Shown here piece by piece: positions 30,494 through 44,593 of a stretch of DNA of 64,000 nt. Origin of the DNA: Octopus vulgaris (lineage: Eukaryota); the NCBI GenBank assembly GCA_951406725.2, contig OX597840.1, positions 2,728,001 to 2,792,000 of the forward strand. Direction: 5' to 3'. Made by a program: the position numbers and the translations under genes. The notes under the pieces were generated by a model, which did not search any database, was not told the origin of the DNA, and saw only the letters and a list, made by a program, of their open reading frames with translations. Each line of letters starts with the position of its first letter. Positions within the stretch are counted from its first letter, which is position 1.

Positions 30494-32525
30494 TATTTCA
30501 TTTAATTTGCCACTAGGGCAGTACACAGAGTAGCTGCGGGCTGGACAAAAAACATTAATGAATAATGGTGATGGACAAGGATGGTGATGGGAGAAGCCGA
30601 AAGCGCCCGCCGACTTCCGCTTCTCTAAGACATTGTTCTTTTTTTTCAAAAATTTTACAAAAAATTCCAAAATTTTACATGTTATAAGAGGCAATAATCC
30701 TCTTTCTCAATACAAAAATGTTCAATAGTTTTACGTTACCCGGCCTACCAGCGCTCTTGCTTCACCGAGGCAATCGTTCTTCGTCAGGTCTTTATATACA
30801 GGTCTGAATTGAAATGAGTCTTCCGAGAAGGAATACGCGATCCTGCACAGATCGTTATCGAGTAGGACCTCCGCAGCCAGCTGCGAAGGCCACTCGGGAT
30901 CCTCCGTGCAGGACCGAAGTCCCTCCCATTGGCCTCTCTTTCTCATTTTGCGTATTTTCTTTTCTAATGTTCCTCCTTTGAAGTAGAGGACTACATATTG
31001 TTTCTCCTGCGGCACACCCGCCGGAGGAGTTTTGGGAGACGCCGTCTGCGTGTTGCAATCCGCCGGCGGCGTCCCGTTTCTCTTTTTCTTTTTCTTTTTA
31101 CCTTGGGCCTCGGGAGGTTGAGGTTCCGGTGTTGTACACACCGGGTCCTCTTTTTCTCCCGCAGCTTCCGGTTCTTTTGGTGGGTCGCCATTGCTCCCCA
31201 CTTTTCTTTTTCTTTTTGTTGAGGAAGTCACCGCTTCCTCACTTTGTTTCTCTCCCTCCATTGGGGAGGCAGGGAGAGGCTCCAACATCAACTGCTCCAG
31301 GATCCTGCTTTGGTTCTTGGGGCAGTTCTTCTTAATATGGCCGGTCTCCAGGCACAGGTGACACTTGGGGGGGCGTCCCTCAAGCATCACCGGATACCTG
31401 TACCCGGCCATCCTCAAAAAGTCCGGTAAAACCAGACTTTTGGCTGATTGGGTCCACAGGGTCAAAACAGCTTTTGACCCCTCCCACTCAGCCGCAGGCT
31501 GTACCTTTACGTTCAGTAGCTTGGAACTGCTACCATCCAAGCCCCGGCGGATAGAGTCCTCTATCCACTCGGGCTCAACGCCTGGTGGTAAGCCGCAGAT
31601 CCAAGCTCTCAACAATTTTTCTCCCTTGTAATTTGGGAGAAACAATAATTGTTTGCCCTCAATGGGCTGGCTTGCAAATTCGCAAGCTGCTTTAGGGGAG
31701 TCAAATAGCAACCAAACCTTTGCGTATTTAACTCCCCGTGCGATATATTTAACGGCTGGCATGTAGTCTGCCAGCTCGTTTAAAATGGTAGCCTTTGGGA
31801 AGACTGCTATGGTGTCGAGCGACTTCGAGTATGTCCTCAGCACCACGGTTTTTTCCTGCAGCTCTTGTAAATAATTTTTAGGAGGTGTTAATTCCCACAC
31901 AGTGAATTCCTTTGCCATAACGTAAGGTTCAAAAACAGTTCAAAATGTAATAAAATCAAATAAGACACAAAAAGGAGAATGCAAAACACAACAGAAGGGA
32001 AGAAACAAAATTAGAAATAGCAGTTCAAAAAAAGTTCTTTTTTTAAAAAAATAAATGATAGACGGAGGAAGAGCGTTCAAATCCAGACAAAGGAATTAAT
32101 TTTTTCTTTTTTTTTTTCTTTTCACTTTTATCGGCCAAAAATTTGTATTCCAGGCCAAATGTACAACTGGTAAAACTTCTTGATAAAATAATCCTTGGTA
32201 CTCCTTGGTAATTCCAGTGGATAACACAAAGATAATTTCAAAACACAATTTTTGCAGAGGAACTACGCCTCTTCAAAAACACAATTCTCACTGCAAAATG
32301 AGTCTTTACACTCGACAACAGGCAGAAAAATTGTCCGGAGCAAAGTGTAGTCTATTACTTGCTAAAAAATTATTAAATGCAAAGCAATAAACTTCACTAG
32401 GCCCCTAAATAAAATTCAACAAATGCCTACCTGTAGTCGAGTCTCAAAAATTCAACATTTCACGTTGAAACACGTGACAACTGGAGCAGCCAAAAAAACA
32501 CGTCTGAACACGTCAGAGGTTAGCG
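30494..32525 (-). mobile_element. Full-length ORF1-only (HAL1-like) non-autonomous retrotransposon, 2,032 bp
   Basis: 8-bp TSD AGCTACTT (30486-30493 / 32526-32533), ~600-bp 5'UTR, single ORF and ~240-bp 3'UTR ending TGCCCTAGTGGCAAATTAAATGAAATA. Confidence 0.8.
30731..31918 (-). CDS. L1/Tx1-type ORF1p-like nucleic-acid-binding protein, 395 aa (putative RRM-like region, CCHC zinc knuckle, basic disordered tail)
   Basis: Uninterrupted, complex-sequence ORF. GRPPKCHLCLETGHIKKNCP fits CX2CX4HX4C; RAWICGLPPGVEPEWI resembles the ORF1 RRM strand; KRKRK and KKKKKKR are basic clusters. Confidence 0.85.
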   Translation of the reverse strand: MAKEFTVWELTPPKNYLQELQEKTVVLRTYSKSLDTIAVFPKATILNELADYMPAVKYIARGVKYAKVWLLFDSPKAACEFASQPIEGKQLLFLPNYKGEKLLRAWICGLPPGVEPEWIEDSIRRGLDGSSSKLLNVKVQPAAEWEGSKAVLTLWTQSAKSLVLPDFLRMAGYRYPVMLEGRPPKCHLCLETGHIKKNCPKNQSRILEQLMLEPLPASPMEGEKQSEEAVTSSTKRKRKVGSNGDPPKEPEAAGEKEDPVCTTPEPQPPEAQGKKKKKKRNGTPPADCNTQTASPKTPPAGVPQEKQYVVLYFKGGTLEKKIRKMRKRGQWEGLRSCTEDPEWPSQLAAEVLLDNDLCRIAYSFSEDSFQFRPVYKDLTKNDCLGEARALVGRVT

Positions 32526-32556
32526 AGCTACTTACCACACAGCCACTCCTGCGCCT

Positions 32557-32940
32557 GAATGAATCCCTGATGTGAATTTTTTCCCTCGGAGATGTTTTAA
32601 GTGTTTTTGGCAGGCGTTTACTGTTTCGTAAGAGGTGTCCATCAACCAGGTGTTTTATTGTGTGACTTCGTAGACGAATTGGTAGGTTTGCGAATTGTTA
32701 GCTTTGAAAAAATGTAGTTCACTCAAGGATTGTGTGTATTGATGAACGGAAAAGTAGGTTTTATAGATGTTGTGTTTAGTGTCCTTATTGCGTGCTATCC
32801 TGCTTCATCACCTTTATGCTTCCATCATTTATTAGTTTGAAGGGGTAATTCTGTTTTTCTTAGGCAGCTTCTGAGTTCATTAAGTCTGATTTTACGTATT
32901 TTGGGATACATTATTGTATTACAGACACGTCTGATGTATA
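32557..32940 (-). pseudogene. Penelope-like element RT C-terminal/thumb remnant (continues at 30106)
   Basis: The minus strand gives RRVCNTIMYPKIRKIRLNELRSCLRK/QNYPFKLINDG and NSKRLPKTLK, resembling PLE RRICTI...RLxELKxxLxxQNYPxxLI...SKRQPxNLK. Confidence 0.7.
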
Positions 32941-33643
32941 TGTAAGTATTTATATATTTAGCAGAGTGACAGAGAAACTCAAGTTTCGAGAGATTCGTGC
33001 TTTGACACTTTATATATATATGAAACCCTAGCGACTGAAGAAGGGGTTTTTTCGTTGTGTTAATTGTCCTGTACTCTATTTTTTGTTGTTTTTAAAAAAA
33101 TGTCCTGTTCCTTTCGTTTGTGTCTATGTTTTCGTTTCTCTTTGTGTTTGACGTCCCTTTGGTGTCCTGTACTCATATATGCGTGTATATGTACATGTAG
33201 AGGTAGGTACGTACATATATGTTTATATATATGCATATGTTTTATTTCATTTATTAATATATATATATATATATATCACGTGATCACGTGACCGACCAGA
33301 CCATCAGATGTTGTTACACATCGCAGGTCACAAAGCGTTCGCATTGTTTTAGCCTTCCAATGACGCCACCCCGCTGGCTAAGCGAGCAGGCCAACAGAAG
33401 AAAGAGTGGTGAAAGAGTACAGCAGGGATCACCACCATCTCCTGCCGGAGTCTCGTGGAGCTGTTAGGTGTTTTCGCTCAAAATGTTGTATTATTGACGA
33501 GTTTCGCTTTTTTCACTTTCCTGAGGAGAAGATTGCATTGTTTATACCATGTATTCTTTTGAATAGTATCAGTGGAATTTTCGAAACATGTATCAAAAGT
33601 AAAAATATTTGATTCCACCTGCGTTAAACTCCATTTATTTATT

Positions 33644-33700
<57 letters not shown>

Positions 33701-33820
33701 GTATTTATATATATATTTAGATAGAAATATACGCTTTTTATAGACAAATTTAACGTGTACGTGTATGTTTATGTAAATTATAGATATATTAAAATACAAT
33801 TACATATATAATATATATAA

Positions 33821-33986
33821 AGGCGCAGGAGTGGATGTGTGGTAAGTAGCTTGCTAACCAACCACATGGTTCCGGGTTCAGTCCTACTGCGTGGCATCTT
33901 GGGCAAGTGCCTTCTACTATAGCCCCGGGCCGACCAATGCCTTGTGAGTGGATTTGGTAGACGGAAACTGAAAGAAGCCTGTCGTA

Positions 33987-34039
<53 letters not shown>

Positions 34040-34252
34040 TTGTGTGTCTGTGTTTGTCCCCCTAGCATTGCTTGACAACCGATGCTGGTGTGTTTACGTA
34101 CCCGTCACTTAGCGGTTCAGCAAAAGAGACCGATAGAATAAGTACGGGGCTTGCAAAGAATAAGTCCCGGGGTCGATTTGCTCGACTAAAAGGCGGTGCT
34201 CCAGCATGGCCGCAGTCAAATGACTGAAACAAGTAAAAGAGTAAAAGAGAGT
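33821..34252 (+). mobile_element. SINE family B, full length
   Basis: Head AGGCGCAGGAGTGG..., internal (TA)n(TG)n and tail GGCGGTGCTCCAGCATGGCCGCAGTC...(GTAAAAGA)2. Confidence 0.92.
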
Positions 34253-34437
34253 ACATATAAATATATTAACATAAACATTTTAAAGAATTATCCTGAATGA
34301 TTTGCATGTACTTCGTATATGTGGATTTATAGCTGTTTTAAATTATATATATATATAATATTCAAGTACACACACATGCATATACACACATACATACATA
34401 TATATATATATATATTCGCATATATGCATATATATGT

Positions 34438-34475
<38 letters not shown>

Positions 34476-34579
34476 ATAAATATTAGGGAATAAATCCAAA
34501 TTTACAGGGAAAAAATCAGATTTAGGATTAAATCCAATTTTATAGTAAAATATTTGAAACTGACTTGAAAATCGGAAAT

Positions 34580-34622
34580 CCACCTGAAGATTGTCGATCA
34601 AGACATGAAACAATTGTAGTGG
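34580..34622 (+). ncRNA. Minimal type I hammerhead ribozyme motif, intact core
   Basis: CCAC CTGAAGA t TGTC gatcaa GACA t GAAA CAATTG TA GTGG. Stem I is 4 bp, stem II 4 bp, stem III is palindromic (ACAATTGT), with a GUA site. Confidence 0.8.
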
Positions 34623-35021
34623 CGGTTTTTTTACTTTTTATTAAAATTTTATGTATTGATTAAGTCTTTCCTTGTTTGTTTTGCAAAATAGTGGTTTTGT
34701 CTCTAATTAATATTATATATATATTCTTACGTATATATATATATTTATATACACACAATGTACACAGACATATATAACTGCATGCACACATGCAATTACA
34801 CATATGTGCATAAATATATACATACACGCACGCATGACCAGGATATAAGATTATTGGCATTATGACAAACATCTTAAATATTAAGCTAAAATCTAGCGAC
34901 CATCTGATGTTTATTAATAGGAAATAATTACGTCCTAAATGTCGACAAAACAATTGAATGCTTCCTAATAATAATAACAATAATAATAATAATTATTATC
35001 ACCATCATCATCATCATCATC

Positions 35022-35122
<101 letters not shown>

Positions 35123-35151
35123 CATGATCATCATCATAACCTTTATCTTTG

Positions 35152-35465
35152 TACTCTTTTAATTGTTTCAGTCATTTGACTGTGGCCATGCTGGAGCACC
35201 GCCTTTTGTCGGGTATTTCAACCCCAGGACTTATACTTTGCAAGCCTAGTACTTATTCTACAGATCTCTTTTGCCGAACCGCTAAGTTACGGGACGTAAA
35301 CACATCACAAAGTTTGGGATGACAAACACAAACACATAAACACACACACAAATACATATATATATATGCATATATACGACGGGCTTCTTTTAGTTTCCGT
35401 CTATCAAATCCACTCACAAGGCTTTGGTCGGCTCGAGGCTATAGTAGAAGACACTTGCCCAAGGT
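35152..35465 (-). mobile_element. SINE family B, head truncated
   Basis: Matches the body and tail of 33821-34252. Confidence 0.85.
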
Positions 35466-35532
35466 ACCATTACTTTATATTATTATTAATGTTGGTATCA
35501 TTATCATTATTTTTTTCTTTAAAAGATTAGGA

Positions 35533-35897
35533 CGACGACGAGGGTTCCGGTTGTTCCGATCAACGGAACAGCCTGCTCGTGAAATTAACGTGTAAGTGGC
35601 TGAGCACTCCACAGACACGTGTACCCTTAACGTAGTTCTCGGTGATATTCAGCGTGACACAGAGAGTGACAAGGCCGGCCCTTTGAAATACAGGTACAAT
35701 AGAAACAGGAAGTAAGAGTGAGAGAAAGTTGTGGTGAAAGAGTACAGCAGGGTTCACCAACTTCCCCTGCCGGAGCCTCGTGGAGCTTTTAGGTGTTTTC
35801 GCTCAATAAACACTCACAACGTCCGTTCTGGGAATCGAAACCGCGATCCTACGACCGCGAATCCGCTGCCCTAACCACTGGGCCATTGCGCCTCCAC
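35533..35897 (-). mobile_element. SINE family D (tRNA-Arg-like head)
   Basis: The minus strand reads GGCGCAATGGCCCAGTGGTTAGGGCAGCGGATTCGCGGTC...GGTTTCGATTCCC. Related fragments lie at ~33400-33480, ~53125-53220 and ~62330-62450. Confidence 0.8.
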
Positions 35898-36519
35898 TTA
35901 AAAGATTAACGTAACTCTTCACAAAGATAAATAGACAAGTTGAAAAGATGATGCGATTGCAATTGATATATACTCTTTACTCTTTCATATAAAGCTTGTT
36001 CCTTATAACAACAGAATTTTTTCTTGTGTCAACTCTGCATCTGTCCACTATAATGTACGTGTAAATAGATTCATAAAAATAGATTCAATAAAACTTTTAA
36101 ATTCAAAGAGTCTATGATTCTCTCTCTTTCATATAAAGGGGGTTTCGTCGGCGTAAATAAATCTAATCGGCGGGTAGTTGGTTACTAATGTTCCCCGACT
36201 CCTGTTCTAATTCGATGGACGTGTAAATTCAAATCATTAAAGCACTGAATGCTCATCGTCGAAACCGACGGATAACCTTTTGCTTGTGTATTTTGCTTCA
36301 CGCATTTTTATTACGTAAAGAAGATTTAGAGGTGAGCGTTGGTATGAAAATACTGTTGATGAAAGGGGTGGGGATTTCAGACAGTAAACAATGACGGCCA
36401 ACAACGGCGATGACAACACAAGCAAAAAGAAAACGGTTATAAAACAAAAGAGACGGAAAGAATCATTAAGAGTTAGGAATCAATTGACCAATAACGACAG
36501 CAGCAAGAATATTTTAAAT

Positions 36520-36524
36520 GGTTA

Positions 36525-36607
<83 letters not shown>

Positions 36608-36680
36608 ACTACTACCACCATTAATAATAATAATAAAAATAAAAATAAAAATAAAAATAATAATAATAATAATAATAAGC

Positions 36681-36720
<40 letters not shown>

Positions 36721-36801
36721 TAATAATAAATAATAATAATAATAATAGAAATAATGATAATAATAATTATAATAACAATAATAATAATAATAATAATAAT
36801 G

Positions 36802-36835
<34 letters not shown>

Positions 36836-36869
36836 TGATGATGATGATGATAATAATAATAATAAAAAT

Positions 36870-36916
<47 letters not shown>

Positions 36917-36960
36917 TCATAATAATAATAATGAAGGAGAAGAAGAAGAAGAAGAAGAAG

Positions 36961-36991
<31 letters not shown>

Positions 36992-37333
36992 TTGCCACAG
37001 ACCGTAGGATGAGGGGGACAATACAAATGCATATATATATAGTATGGTGGGGTTACATATAATGAAAAGATTTTTTTAAAATGAAAGAGAGAAAATAAGA
37101 ACAGACATATGCATAGCATGGAAATGTTTAAATAAAAGTGGTGAGGAGGATCATAGAGATGTGGCCCTCCTGATACACGAAGGTCTCTAAGGATAATTCA
37201 GAAACACCATTGTCCGAGATTTCCCTGCAAACCCAGGAGCAAGTGCCCTCTAATAATAATACTATTGATGATGATGATGAAGATAATGTTGACGTCGATG
37301 ATGATTATTATGATAACGTTGATGATGATGGTG

Positions 37334-37365
<32 letters not shown>

Positions 37366-37541
37366 GTTGGTGGTTTTGGTGGTTTTGGTGGTGATGAAGA
37401 AAACGACGACGACGACGACGACGACGATGAAGACGATGATGGTGATGAAGATGATGACGATGATGGTGATGATGATGCTGATAATGTCGATTATGATGAT
37501 GATGATTATGATAACGTTGATGATGATGATAATGATGAAGG

Positions 37542-37575
<34 letters not shown>

Positions 37576-37607
37576 AATGTTGATGATGATGATGATGATG
37601 ATAATGT

Positions 37608-37642
<35 letters not shown>

Positions 37643-37696
37643 TTGATGATGATGATGATGAGGATGATGATAATGATGATGATAATGATGATGATA

Positions 37697-37735
<39 letters not shown>

Positions 37736-38000
37736 TTGATGATGATGATGATGATGATGATGATGTTGATGATGATAATGATGATGGTAATGATAATGAT
37801 GATGATAATGATGATGATGATAATGATAATGATGATGATAATGATGATGATGATGATGATGATGATGATATGATGATGATGATGATGATGATGATGATAA
37901 TGATGATGATAATGATGATGATGATGATGATGATAATAATGCTGGTGATGATGATGAGGAGGAGGATAATGATGATGATGATGACGACGACGACGATGAC
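36520..38000. repeat. Compound microsatellites (CTA)n, (AAT)n, (GAA)n, then a long (GAT)n at ~37265-38000
   Basis: Seen directly; source of the poly-D/M/S ORFs. Confidence 0.95.
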
Positions 38001-38790
38001 GAGGATAGAACTAGGATACAAGTTGGGAAAACAAAAGGACAACGAAAACAAAAAGTTCGACAGCAACAACGTCAAGAATAGTTAGCTGTGTTGCTATTAA
38101 AGAGACAGAGCACAAACGAAAAACAAGAGCAAAATTTAACGATTCCTCAAACAAACAGCACAAACAAAACCAGTGATGAATACGACAATGTTTACAACGA
38201 CAATAAACATTATATATTATGAATGACTTGGCAGAGAACAACGTAACAACAATTATATAAAAAAAAAAGTCTAGAAAGAGACAGTAAAGTCAGTACGTAG
38301 CGCGACAAGGAATACGAAAACAACAACAACTACGAAAACGAGTAATAAAATAACAGTGAAGAAGCCCTACAACAAGCGTAGTATAAAGAGCAACAACTAC
38401 AACAAAATCCGAAACAGACGACAAGAACAGCATCATCAGTAACAAAAAGAGAAACACGAAAAACTACAGCTAACAGTAAACTTAGTAACAACAACAACAA
38501 TAACAACAACGTCAATAACAAAGTCAGCAAGAATGGTATCGACAACAGGAAAACAGCGAAAATAAACAAACAATAAAAAACCAACGATAATAAACACAAT
38601 ATTGTGAAAATTCAATTTGTGGCCGCCATTAGATGTAACATTAAGTCAATCTTCTCCCACGCCTCTCTCTTATTTCTCCACCATCTAGCTGTCTCGCACA
38701 TTCTCTCTCTCTCTCTCTCTCTCATATATTAACAAATACGGTTCTTTATATGCATTTGGATATCAATTAGACATGCGTAAGTTATTATTA

Positions 38791-38880
<90 letters not shown>

Positions 38881-38970
38881 TTGTTGTTGTTGATATTATT
38901 ATTATTATTATTATTACGATTTTTATTATTATAATTTTATTATTAAGAGTAGTAGTAGTAGTAGTAGTGT

Positions 38971-39302
38971 GAAGGCGCGTGGCTCAGTGGTTAGAGCGTC
39001 GAGCTTACGATCGTGAGGTTGTAACCTCGAATCCCGGACCGGGCTGCGTCTTGTGTTCTTGAGCAAGACACTTTATTTCACGTTGCTCCAGTTCACTCAG
39101 CTGTAGAAATGAGTTGCGACGTCACAGGTGCCAAGCTGTATCGGCCCCTTTGCCTTTCCCTTGGACAACATCGGTGACGTGGAGAGGGGAGGCCGGTATG
39201 CATGGGCGACTGCTGGTCTTCAATAAAACAACCTTGCCCAGACTTGTGCCTCAGAGGGTAACTCTCTAGGTGCAAACCCATGGTCAGTGTCTGACCGAAG
39301 GG
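38971..39302 (+). mobile_element. SINE with a family-C-like head and core but a different 3' half
   Basis: GGCGCGTGGCTCAGTGGTTAGAGCGTC...TGTGTTCTTGAGCAAGACACTT...CACTCAGCTG, then it diverges from the 16867 copies. Confidence 0.8.
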
Positions 39303-39337
39303 GAAGAAAAAAAAAGAAAAAAAAAGTAGTAGTAGTA

Positions 39338-39405
<68 letters not shown>

Positions 39406-39406
39406 T

Positions 39407-39860
39407 CAGCGGCGAACTTGTAGAATAGTTGTTGGGGAGCCGGGTCAAATAGTTAGCGGCATTTTGTACGTCTTTAGGTCCTGAGTTCAAATTCCGCCGA
39501 GGTAGACGTTGCCTTTCGTCCTTTCGGGGTAAATAAAATAAAAACCAGTTCAACACAGGGGTCGATGTAATCGCCTAGTCCCCTCCCCACAAATTTCAGG
39601 TCTTTTGCATTGATTGTTATTATTATTATTATCATTATTAAGGCGGCGAAAGGCGGAGAACTGGCAGAATTGTTAGCACGCCGGGGGAATTGCTTAGTGG
39701 TATTTCGTCTGCTGCTACGTTCTGAGTTCAAATCCCGCCGCGGTCGACTTTGCCTTTCATCCTTTCAGGATCGATTAAATAAGTACCTGTTACGCACTGG
39801 GGGCGATGCAATCGACTTAATCCCTTCCCCCAAATTTGAATCTTTCTGCTTCCAGTAGAA
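39407..39860 (+). mobile_element. Two older SINE A-related copies (39407-39605, 39641-39860) in (ATT)n
   Basis: Same head and core as SINE A, with the alternative tail CCCC...AAATTT(G/C)A. Confidence 0.8.
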
Positions 39861-39863
39861 TGA

Positions 39864-40001
<138 letters not shown>

Positions 40002-40025
40002 ATTATTATTATTATTATTATTATT

Positions 40026-40933
<908 letters not shown>

Positions 40934-40972
40934 GTTATTATTATTATTGTTATTATTATTATTATTATTATA

Positions 40973-41204
40973 TAGGATTGAGGTAACTCCTCCAGAAGAG
41001 CCTGTTGAAGACGCGCAAGATGCTGAAATATCGTTCACTATATGACAATGGTACGCTTCTTTTAATTTTGTCTCTATAGTTTCTGGAGGAGTTACCCCAA
41101 TCCTTGATACGTTAACCAAAGGTAGATTGACAAAATTGTTTTTTGAACCTGTTGAAGGCACACAACATGGCGAAATATCATTCACTAGATGACAATGGTA
41201 CTCT

Positions 41205-41208
<4 letters not shown>
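40973..41208 (+). ncRNA. ~235-bp module with two tandem minimal hammerhead-like motifs (CUGUUGA core; ~40998-41037 and ~41144-41184)
   Basis: Copy 1: GAGC CTGTTGA...GAAA TA TC GTTC. Copy 2: TGAAC CTGTTGA...GAAA TA TC ATTCA, at offset 147. Stem II is weak in both. A 24-bp inverted repeat lies at ~40973-40997 / 41081-41104. Confidence 0.5.
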
Positions 41209-41972
<764 letters not shown>

Positions 41973-42259
41973 AAGACGTCACACCGTATCCAATGTCGTG
42001 ATATTGTTGATTGACGATGCATGGGAAAATGCAGCACTGACAACAATACATTTGTGGAGCAAATGATGGGCTAATTCGACTAAGCAACATGCTATGCGTC
42101 CGTTTGGAGTATTTCAGGGCCTAACCCGTCGGGGTTATGTGATTTTTGAACGCACCGAAAAGCTGTCTGTGGATATACTCTCTTTTGCAGCAGCCGGCGC
42201 TGTGTCTAACACGACCCATCATCTGAAACGTTGACACCTCCTTTGGGTTTCTTGTCCTA

Positions 42260-42900
42260 CATTGCTCATAAATTAAATTTGGAGGAACTGTGGTTGTTCG
42301 TTTATGGGTAACAGGAAGCAAATGAGGCGATAGACTTGCCCTTGTACTTTGACGTCGTCGTAAATTCATGTTTATCTATCGTTTTAGATGCACCAAACGA
42401 TGACATTTGTAGAATTGTATTATCTGATATTGTTCAGAAAATCCTTTGACTGTATAGAAGTGCCTTCTAGAAGATCCATAAGAGGTTGAGAAGGAGCTGG
42501 TAGTGCTTGCAATGTTACTCGACCACCTGAGCAGCACATATCATTTGCTTCATTTGAAAATTTTAAAGCGCTACAGAAAAGACAATTTGTGTTTAATACA
42601 CCAATTTGGAAAGAGTTATTATTTTTATAAGAATGGGATGGATCATATCTGAAAACAGCTTCAGGAGTTGTGAAGAATGAATTTGTACGTAGTCTGTTTC
42701 TGAGAGCTATTCTATGGGACCTCTGTCTAATCATTTAAACATTGATTTAATGATCCTGCATTAAGTGCTGCAACATGCATTTGCTGATCTTGAGGAAATC
42801 TCATCTAGCTTCTCTCATCAGACTCTCGCCTTCGCTTTTCTACAATCTTCCTTGCTTTATACCTGTTTCTTGGGAGATTACGTCTATTTTTGGTGGCATA
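42260..42900 (-). pseudogene. Helitron RepHel N-terminal remnant
   Basis: MPPK start at 42900. CLFCSALKFSNEANDMCCSGGRVTLQALPAPSQPLMDLL...FLNNIR*YNS and SKVQGQVYRLICFLLP...PQFLQI are characteristic animal Helitron motifs. Confidence 0.85.
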
Positions 42901-43404
42901 TTGTTAACATAGAAAGATACATTAATCCCTATTTTTGTAAGCAGTTGTATCAGTAAAAATTCTATTTGAAGAGAGCAGAAATTAAAAGAAGAGAAAGCGA
43001 AAAGAACAGAGAAAGAAAGTGAAAGATGTATGTACGTCTATATGAAATAGACTTGTGTGTGTGTATGTGTGTGTGTGTGTGTGCGTGCGTACGCGTGTGG
43101 GAGAGAGAGAAAGAGGGTGAGAAATGGAGATTGAGTGAGTGAGTGAAGGTACGTGACGTGGTGATTGATGTCTTTTAAGGTACACACAAACATAGGAAAT
43201 GTTACGGCAGCGTATGAAATATTTACGTTAGTTGATTTATGGAAAAGATTATAATGTTAAATTTTTGAATTGCAAATATTTGGATAGAAATTAAGTTTAA
43301 TTTGTAGCTGAAAATGTACTGAATCTTTTGATACGCCATACATCAAAATCTGTAACTCGGTTTTGGAATGCATAAGGAATTAGAAAATCGTCTCAATGTA
43401 ATAT

Positions 43405-43903
43405 ATCAGCTACTGGGAAAGACTGAAAGTATTAAAACTCTTCTCTCTTGAGCGAAGGTGGGAGAGATATGCAGTGATATACATCTGGAAGATCTTGGAG
43501 GGTCTTGTCCCGAATTTCGACATTGAAAGTTACCCCAACAGCAGAACGGGGCGCCACTGCATGGTGCCAAAGATCCCAACATCACTATCAAAATACAGGA
43601 CCAGACACTGCAACAGCTTGGGTTTCGGGGGGAAACTACAGCTCTTCAACATCCTTCATAGATGCCCGAGAGACCTACATGGTGTGGATGGGCGTTTCTT
43701 TAAAATCTAAACTGGATCTCTTCTTGTCAGGGGTTCCAGATGAACCTACTTCTCGGCAGGAAACACAGATGCGGGCAGCGGCGTTGAACTCCTTTGTTGA
43801 CCAAGTGCAACGTATCAGAGGTGGTTTCACATATTAATGTAGCTCATTCAATGGTGGTGCCCCAGCATGGCCGAAGCATTCGGGTTGAAACATTTTAAAA
43901 GAT
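43405..43903 (+). mobile_element. CR1-group LINE 3' fragment with 3'UTR
   Basis: SYWERLKVLKLFSLERRWERYAVIYIWKILEGLVPN...LKSKLDLFLSGVPDEP; the tail is GGTGGTGCCCCAGCATGGCC...TGAAAC. Confidence 0.8.
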
Positions 43904-43912
43904 TGCAGGATT

Positions 43913-43943
<31 letters not shown>

Positions 43944-44065
43944 ATAATATTATAATTGTGTGTGCATATATGTATGTATCTATATATATATATATGTGTG
44001 TGCGTGTGTGTGCGTGTGTGTGTGTGCGTGCGTGTATGTGCGTGTATGTGTGTATGTATGTATAT

Positions 44066-44410
44066 TTGTTTCAGTCATTTGAATGCGGCCAGGCTGGAGC
44101 ACCGTTTTAATGTATTATAATCAGAAAAATCTACCCCACGACTTATTTCTTGTAAGCTCAGTAGTTATTCTATCGGTCTCTCTTGCCGAGCCACTAAGTT
44201 TGGCAGACATAAATACACTACCAACTATTGTGAAAGCGGGTGGAACAAATACAGATACATACACACACAAACATACGAACACATACACACTCATATATCT
44301 TCATATATATATATATACATATATACACATATATATATATATCTATATATATATATATCTGTATATATGTATATGTATATATACGTATCTACATATACAT
44401 ACATATATAA

Positions 44411-44441
<31 letters not shown>

Positions 44442-44505
44442 CGACGGACGTCTTTCGGTTTTCATCTTTCAAATCTATCACTAGGCTTAGGTCGGCCCCA
44501 GGCTA
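44066..44505 (-). mobile_element. SINE family B, old copy
   Basis: Diverged match with an expanded internal microsatellite. Confidence 0.7.
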
Positions 44506-44521
44506 CAGTATGCATTTAAAT

Positions 44522-44593
<72 letters not shown>

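Larger units (their letters stand above)
30107..32556 (-). mobile_element. SINE family B split into 30107-30493 and 32526-32556 by a 2-kb insertion
   Basis: Joining the two parts restores ...AAGCTACTTACCACACAGCCACTCCTGCGCCT, as in the uninterrupted copy at 52733-52764. Confidence 0.9.

Noticed and set aside
33034-33060. CTGAAGA core; also CTGAAGA at ~1962 and CTGAGGA at ~14839
   Set aside because: There is no matching GAAA plus stem III plus stem I partner; at most these are truncated remnants.
37210-38085. 291-aa Asp-rich ORF resembling an acidic biomineralisation protein
   Set aside because: It is pure (GAT)n, open in several frames, starts at TTG, and shows no signal peptide or splice evidence.
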